The notes below the pieces were generated by a model. That model made no database searches, was not told where the DNA came from, and saw only the letters and a list, made by a program, of their open reading frames with translations. From Phoronis australis (lineage: Eukaryota; Animalia; Phoronida): a stretch of DNA of 64,000 bases. Positions 57,499 through 64,000 of this stretch are shown here, one piece after another. How positions within the stretch are numbered: the stretch's first letter is position 1; the number at the start of each line of letters is the position of its first letter. The stretch covers positions 124,001 through 188,000 of the forward strand of contig NMRA01000527.1 of the NCBI GenBank assembly GCA_002633005.1, given 5' to 3'. The translations under genes and the position numbers were made by a program.

Positions 57499-58794
57499 GA
57501 TGTAATGCTTTTACTGAGTGACTTGGCTGTATATTGGCCGATGCAGTGCGTCAGTACATTTGTCATTATTGTTGCAGCCTTGCTGCTCATGTAATGTGGT
57601 TATAAAAGTAGCTAACAGGCTTTAACCAACTCTCAAGGTTAGACAAACAAACTGAATCTACTACTTGCAAACAGGTGCAATTCTAAGTTACGATTTCTCT
57701 GGTGGCAGAGAAGAGACTCGCAAATGGTAAGCAGGCAACGGGAGAAGTGAAAAAAGAGTATTATGATTGGGGAGTTCCATTTTCCCCAAAATGATCCTTT
57801 TGTGAAAATCTGGCTAAAAAAATTAGCAGTTCATGTAAATTGGTGGACAGGAGTCCACTTTCCATTCAAGCTGCATCCCTGGGCTTGAGGCTATGCTTGA
57901 ATTTGTCCTGTGTGTAATAGACATGTGTGCGTGTAAATTTGTGGAAGTCTCTTGTAGTGTACATAAAACTAGTATGTGTTTGGCACAGTTGTGCCCTAAG
58001 TACTTGACTGATGCAGTAGTTAGTTGTTCACTTCCTAATAGCCAAGCAGCATTGGGTGTTGCATTTTTTCTCTTTAAGATCATTGTAAACCAATTACTGG
58101 CGTCAAAAGCAACTTTCTTTGCAGGCGTATTATTTTGTTCTTTCAAAGCAACAGCGTCATGTTTTTATAATTTGCTTGTTTGAAATTAGCTGCATTAAGT
58201 CACTTTGAATTCCTGTGACAGTCTTAGAGCCACCATGGCAAGCAAACTAGTTTGAAGCAGTAATTAACTGTCAGTAGTTCTCAAAGCTATAAATCATTTC
58301 TAATCTGAATAAGAAAAGTCCGATTTTGTTATGGTAATTGGCGTAAATCAAGTTCATGTTTTTGGTGGATAGCAGGGGTGTATTATTACTCCTTAAAGTT
58401 TTTAGAACATAGCTGAATAGTGATAGTTACGGTCATCAAAGCCCATTACCTCATCTTACCCATTGCATTGTATTGGCGTGAGTAACACATTACCGTAAAT
58501 GCAATCCTGAATTTGTCTAATGCAGTAAAGATTTTTGCGACCAACTTGCATCATTCAGATCATGCGCAGATCATAGTGTACCTCCATTGCATTTTCATTT
58601 TATGACGTACTCTGAAAGTCATTGTCATTTAACCTCATTCTGTAGGGACCAGTCACACTCATCGTGTCGCACAGCCCATTATAGTGGGTCCACTAGGAAA
58701 AGTACATAAACGTTAAGATCGATTGCTGAAGTCGTGCGTTAGCTGTCATTAAGTTTGTGAATGTATATGTGCATTAATGTTTTAGTGCTGTCGT

Positions 58795-58800
58795 AATAAA
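58795..58800 (+). terminator. Probable BRE1 polyadenylation signal
   Basis: AATAAA ~1.3 kb after the stop codon. Confidence 0.45.
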
Positions 58801-59229
58801 CACACTGTTAAAATGTAATGACATGCATTTTAAAGTAAATATTATTAATAGTGTCTATTGAACAAGATGCAAACAGTCAGGTAACGTAAAACGTGAACAC
58901 GCCAACATAACAGTTAACTCTGTTTTGACAGTGAACAATTGCATGGTAACCAACAGAGCTTTCTGGGTAGCTACAATGTTTTATTTCACATAGATATTAA
59001 CAACAATGACACAAAAATATTTGGGAGCCTGAAATGCACACCGCAGTCTCCATGTTTGTGTCATGAGGCAGAATGCTTCATTGTTTCCTAATCTGCCAAG
59101 TCTGAAATGATTACCAAATCAAACGTGTAGAGTTAGAGCCATAGTTATTCCCTGCAGAGAGAATTGACAGACGTGACTGATGAAGTAAGCAGCCCACTTT
59201 ACCAAAATGTGAACAAAGGGAACATTCTG

Positions 59230-59243
59230 GTTTCCATGGCAAC
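59230..59243. promoter_or_regulatory. Canonical RFX X-box motif
   Basis: GTTTCCATGGCAAC matches the GTTNCCATGGNAAC consensus. Function is untested. Confidence 0.4.
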
Positions 59244-60847
59244 TTGTCTTGAGTATTAACTTAAGGTAGTTGAAACTTGCGTGAAGTATTTTCACGTTTT
59301 GTCAAACAAGTTTTGAAATCAAAACCATTAAAAACACAATGTTATTTGAATCCTCGATGACTGAGATTCCTTAATTCATGTCTTAGAATATCATGCACAT
59401 ACATTCAAGTAATTGCTATTTTTTGGGAAAATTTACATGTTTTGCTTTAAACTTGGAATTTCTAAAAAACCTAAACTGCTGATAACTATGTGTTCAAACT
59501 ATACATTCTTACTGTCAAACTGCAGGAACTGTGTCATGGATGTTTAACTTGCTGTCAACCAATAGCTATTGAGCACTGATGTGTGTAGTTTGTAGAACAA
59601 TNTACCTAAGTTCTTAGTTTTGACAGCCTATATCTTCAGAGTTACGAGAAAAATCAAACATCCGAGACAATTTCCTTGGTCATAGCCCATAAAATAAGTG
59701 CAAAATTTCACCCACATACAAAAGAAGATCAAATGTTCAAAACTGCGAATGGCTCTGAAAACCAAAACTCCGAGCTGAAAATAAGCTATAAAAAGTCGCC
59801 AGTTGAAGTCATCACATGTACTTCTGAAAATTAAATTGCACAGATTGACAATCCACTTCAATAAAGTTCAGTTTAAAAATAAATGATGAATTAACCATAT
59901 TTATGTGATGTCGCAAGAATAATCCAATCCTGTATTACTGTGAATATATGAAAACAATAACTCGTTTTCTCTAGATTAGCTGTGCTCACCTTAACCTGTA
60001 CAACACTTGACTGCATATGATAAGGAAAGCCTTTTATCAGATGTTAAAACTTCTATAGGCAGCTTTTTTAACTCTCCACAATGAAGCTAGAAGACCTATA
60101 GATTTTCACGATTGTTACTCAAAAGTGCAAGTACTAGTCTAAGACAACGCAAGAATGGAGGTCTTTCCTTCCACTAATCTAAGCACCAAAAATTAAGGTG
60201 AAGACCTGTTTAAGCCCCTTCACGATTTAAACCAGGTAAACTAGTATGTACCATAAACAGACTGACGCCTTTGAGTGGCCGTTCGCTGTTGGTGTTCTTG
60301 CACAAGTTCTGTGGAGTCTGTGAGAAACCTTTGAATCTGTAATTAATCGTGCAGTGTTATCAATTTTCAATGTTCTGAGAGAACAATGCAATGAAGTTTT
60401 GATGAACTGGTGTGCATAGAAATTTTGATATGCCGTGCCACAGCTGGTTATAAAACTAACAACTGAAACCACACTATTGTAAAGGCAGTGTAAAATATGG
60501 ACTTGCGATATGAAATAATGTACTTGAACTTCTCAGGATTCAGGAATAAGCAAGGACAATTGGCAAGTTGTTAATGGACTTCCAAATGGTGCACTGCACA
60601 ATGAAGAAAGTATTCCAAGTCAAACTCCTGTATATAGATGTCTACAATTCTGTACGTCGTCTCTGGTTAACAAAATGTGATAAATGTGGGAGAAAATGTA
60701 GGAACTTCCATACACAACTCTTTGAAATATTCCAAGTGGACTATAAGATTATTGAATGTCAATTTTTGGCTGGTAAAATGCCACTTAATTCAAGCGGATA
60801 AAAATATCTGTTTGATCAAGACCACTCACTAGTAGAAAAACTAGTCA

Positions 60848-61121
60848 TCATGATGGGAATGTATGACTTCATGATGGGAATATATGACCTCATGATGGCC
60901 AACATATGACCTCGTGATGGGAACGTATGACCTCGTGATGGGAACGTATGACCTCATGATGGGAACGTGTGACCTCATGATGGGAACGTATGACCTCATG
61001 ATGGGAACGTATGACCTCATGATGGGAACGTATGACCTCATGATGGGAACGTATGACCTCATGATGGGAACGTATGACCTCATGATGGGAACGTGTGACC
61101 TCATGATGGGAACATGTGACC
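60848..61121. repeat. 21-bp minisatellite, ~13 copies
   Basis: Unit CATGATGGGAACGTATGACCT. Confidence 0.95.
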
Positions 61122-62960
61122 TACTGTGACCGTATCGTATCAAGCCTGGTCTTAGTTCTCCCTAACCCATACAGCAATTCTAAACCAAGTTAAGAACAAG
61201 TGAGACCAATTCTATAAGAGTAACAAGACCATCTCAAAACTTATTTTTAGACATTCAAGAGGCAAGTTTTTAGCCACATTTAGTGACAGCTGTGCCAACG
61301 ATTTTACTAGTACGCTGTTCTGTATGTAAGTATAAGAATACAATACTGTCTTGTGGGATCAAGGTACTGTGTAAGAAACATACATCTCCAATGTTTATCT
61401 ATCTACTCACTCCTGGGATGCAAGACATAATGAGGCAGTACTGAGAGATGACTGCTGTATTATACTTAGTCTGGCATGCCCACACTACATAACTGAGAGC
61501 CAGCAGAATTCCCAGCCCTGAGCTATGATAACAAAGGAAATGGAGCTTTATCTAATTACTTTTTACATGCTATTGTATCCTTTATCAACATATTAAATGT
61601 GTTTACAGACTTGCCTTCAGTAAACAACATTTTTCATTATTACCACACAGTCACTTAATATAGAAATACAGGTTTCGACTTGTTCCTTACGACCATGCAA
61701 TTATAAGTGATATCGGGGCTCTGTTTCAAGAACGTTTAAAGTCTCAAGTTTGATGACGTCAGTTGCATTGCTAAACAAGTGCAACATAACATGTGATGGA
61801 ATGAAACCATTGTTATTTCGGTCTAAGTTAGGACTAAAATATTTTCATGAAATGGAATCCTGGACTTCGTATGAGCAATTTGTTTCTGATGAAGATCAGG
61901 TTCAGTAAGTTGTTTTGTTACTGCAACTAAGTTTAAGTGTGGGGCTCGTGTTTTTGAGTGTGGGGCGTGTTTTCGAGTAATATTGAACAGTCAGTTCTTT
62001 CCAAGTCCCAAGGAACAAATCAAGGCACGTTTCATAACCCCAAATGCTTTGAATGACAGACGGGTGTGTACGCCAGCTCTAGTCAATACCTACCTGACAT
62101 CTACCCAACGTGAAAACTTCAGCTATCTATTAAGGTGGTTAGTTGTAGTAGAAAATATTTTTTATCAAGTATTCTCCACTTATGTGTTTGTAAAGAATTT
62201 GCAATGCAAAATAATGTGGACACACAGCTGAAGCAGCCACAAGAACATATTACAACCAGCATTGAATTTGAAACAGCCCAATCATCATAATAAGCACCTG
62301 GCAATACATTCCCGTTTGTTTACAAGTAAAGTGTCTCTTAAATTAGACCAGATTACCCAGCTGCACTCAGTTTGAATGCTGACCAAAACCATACAAGCAT
62401 GCGTGGTTTGTTGTATACCAATGAGTGGTGAAAAAATCAATGAATAGCAATTAGCTTATACTACATTTATTATGAAAATATTTACATTGGCATAGCATGA
62501 TAGAATGATAACTTGACAGTCGTACCAAATTACGAAGGAAAAAAGCTGTAAAGGAAGAAGTCTGGAACAGAACGAGAGAAAGATGAGTTGAAAGAAAGAA
62601 GAGGCAGTTCTGAAAGAAGATAGGAATGTAAGGGTGAATATACAAAATAAAAAACAAACAAAAATTCCACAAAAGGTCAGTGGGCATTGCAACGTTCTAT
62701 TAAGAACTTTTAATTTGTTGACCAAATGGGACTGGAAAGACAGAGCAACTAATGTGTGAGAAAACAAAATGTGCAATAGCACAGAAATACATCTGTGACT
62801 TAGACGCTTCGTTCAGTAGCTCTCATAACTGACCGATAAGCGGGTAGATTTTGACAACACACAAATAATTCAGAGTGGAACGTGGAATGCGTGTTTGTTG
62901 TGACACGTGACAGTTAAAGAAAGATCAGCAGTATTGTAGAAGGGAGGGCAAGAAGATCTT

Positions 62961-63660
62961 TCAAGTCATGGATGACGCAGCTAAGGACTGTGATGTGAGG
63001 GCCTCCGATCGCTTAATCTCTGCCGTAATCTGTGAGAGGTCTTGAATAAATACTTGGATCTACAAATAAAATTATTTCCTTTAATTGCGCGTTTCTGTTA
63101 AAGGAAGTTGTTTACCAAAATAAATGAAACTGGTAAAAGAGGTGTTGTTAATCTTTTACTCGAAATAAGAAAAAAATACGCAAAATAATGACGTAAAAGT
63201 AATTTGTCTCTTGATTTACCAATTGAAGGTAGATACAAATAAATATTGCACCAATACAAAGTAGACAATTGTATAGTTTTGATAATCAGGTTTCAGTTTG
63301 AGTATAGGCAATATATCCAGGGTGAAAAAATGACACCCAAAAAATTGTAGAATATTTCCAAATGATGTTTTTGGAAATAACAAAAATCCTGGGCAAACTG
63401 ACCAGTACGGTACTCAAATTAAGAATGAATTGCACAAAATATTCACACAATGCTAAATACACTTACTTAAAATTAAAATGCGCTTACAAGAAAACTACAT
63501 GCAATTTTTTCCAGACACCTTGAATAATATTATAATTCTTTGTCATCATCACCGAGTCAACACCAAAATACTCACTCTGGCTAGTTGTTCATACGTATCT
63601 TCAACCTGTGACGACTGTTTCTGGTGTTTGTTGACTAACTGGAACAAGTTGTGAGTGGCC
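62961..63660 (-). CDS. CCDC42: CCDC42/CFAP73-family coiled-coil ciliary protein, last two exons; the gene enters from the right edge
   Basis: Exon 63660-63576 (ATHNLFQLVNKHQKQSSQVEDTYEQLAR, donor GTGAGT) joins exon 63059-62961 (IQVFIQDLSQITAEIKRSEALTSQSLAASSMT*). This resembles the recalled human CCDC42 C-terminus ATLNLFQIVSKH...EDTHKQLDMIQQFIQD. Confidence 0.82.
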
Positions 63661-64000
63661 CTGAAACGCATAAACATGACAACATGCAGTACATTTTGGC
63701 AGGCACTTTGCAAGAACACATTTTCAATAAACAACATTTCTCGCTTCGTCATAATGGGATGATTCATATTTTGCTAAAATGTTGAATTATGTGAAGAGTT
63801 GTTTTACATCCACTTAACGCTGCTGATAATCCACACACTATTCATGAAGAACCCAGTGCAGGTAAAAACTGACTGTCAGATGAAAGTGAACACTTAGCCC
63901 AATGAATTCAGTCCACCTGTTTGGGCTGCTTGGTAACCTCATTATGTCATAAAACTATGAGCCTGTTGACTGCTCAGCCAGCCGGTTTTCTATTGTGTTG

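Noticed and set aside
60841-61143. Regular repeats resembling a CRISPR array or repeat protein (also 27374-27543 and 55896-56325)
   Set aside because: Head-to-tail units with no unique spacers, no cas genes and a eukaryotic context. These are minisatellites.

Overview
Eukaryotic, AT-rich, intron-rich animal DNA. A bilaterian invertebrate, probably a lophotrochozoan, is inferred from gene structure and repeat content. Five spliced protein-coding genes were reconstructed by hand with GT-AG junctions in consistent phase: RILPL1-like (-, first two coding exons), TMED2 (+, complete, 203 aa), an ANKRD27/VARP-like VPS9-domain gene lacking ankyrin repeats (-, 15 exons, 496 aa), RNF20/RNF40 (BRE1) (+, 18 coding exons, ~945 aa) and the last two exons of a CCDC42/CFAP73-family gene (-). 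RILPL1/TMED2 and VPS9-gene/BRE1 each form a head-to-head pair with a short shared promoter. Introns hold a decayed LINE RT, Kolobok-like THAP/KolX relics, Helentron-like elements, palindromic MITEs, tRNA-derived SINE heads and minisatellites. Five of the six single-N joins are flanked by near-identical duplications that look like uncollapsed haplotypes, and some expose insertion polymorphisms. No prokaryotic-type system (CRISPR, operon) is present. The best novelty candidate is the ankyrin-less VARP paralog. All homology calls are from recalled sequence similarity, not database searches.
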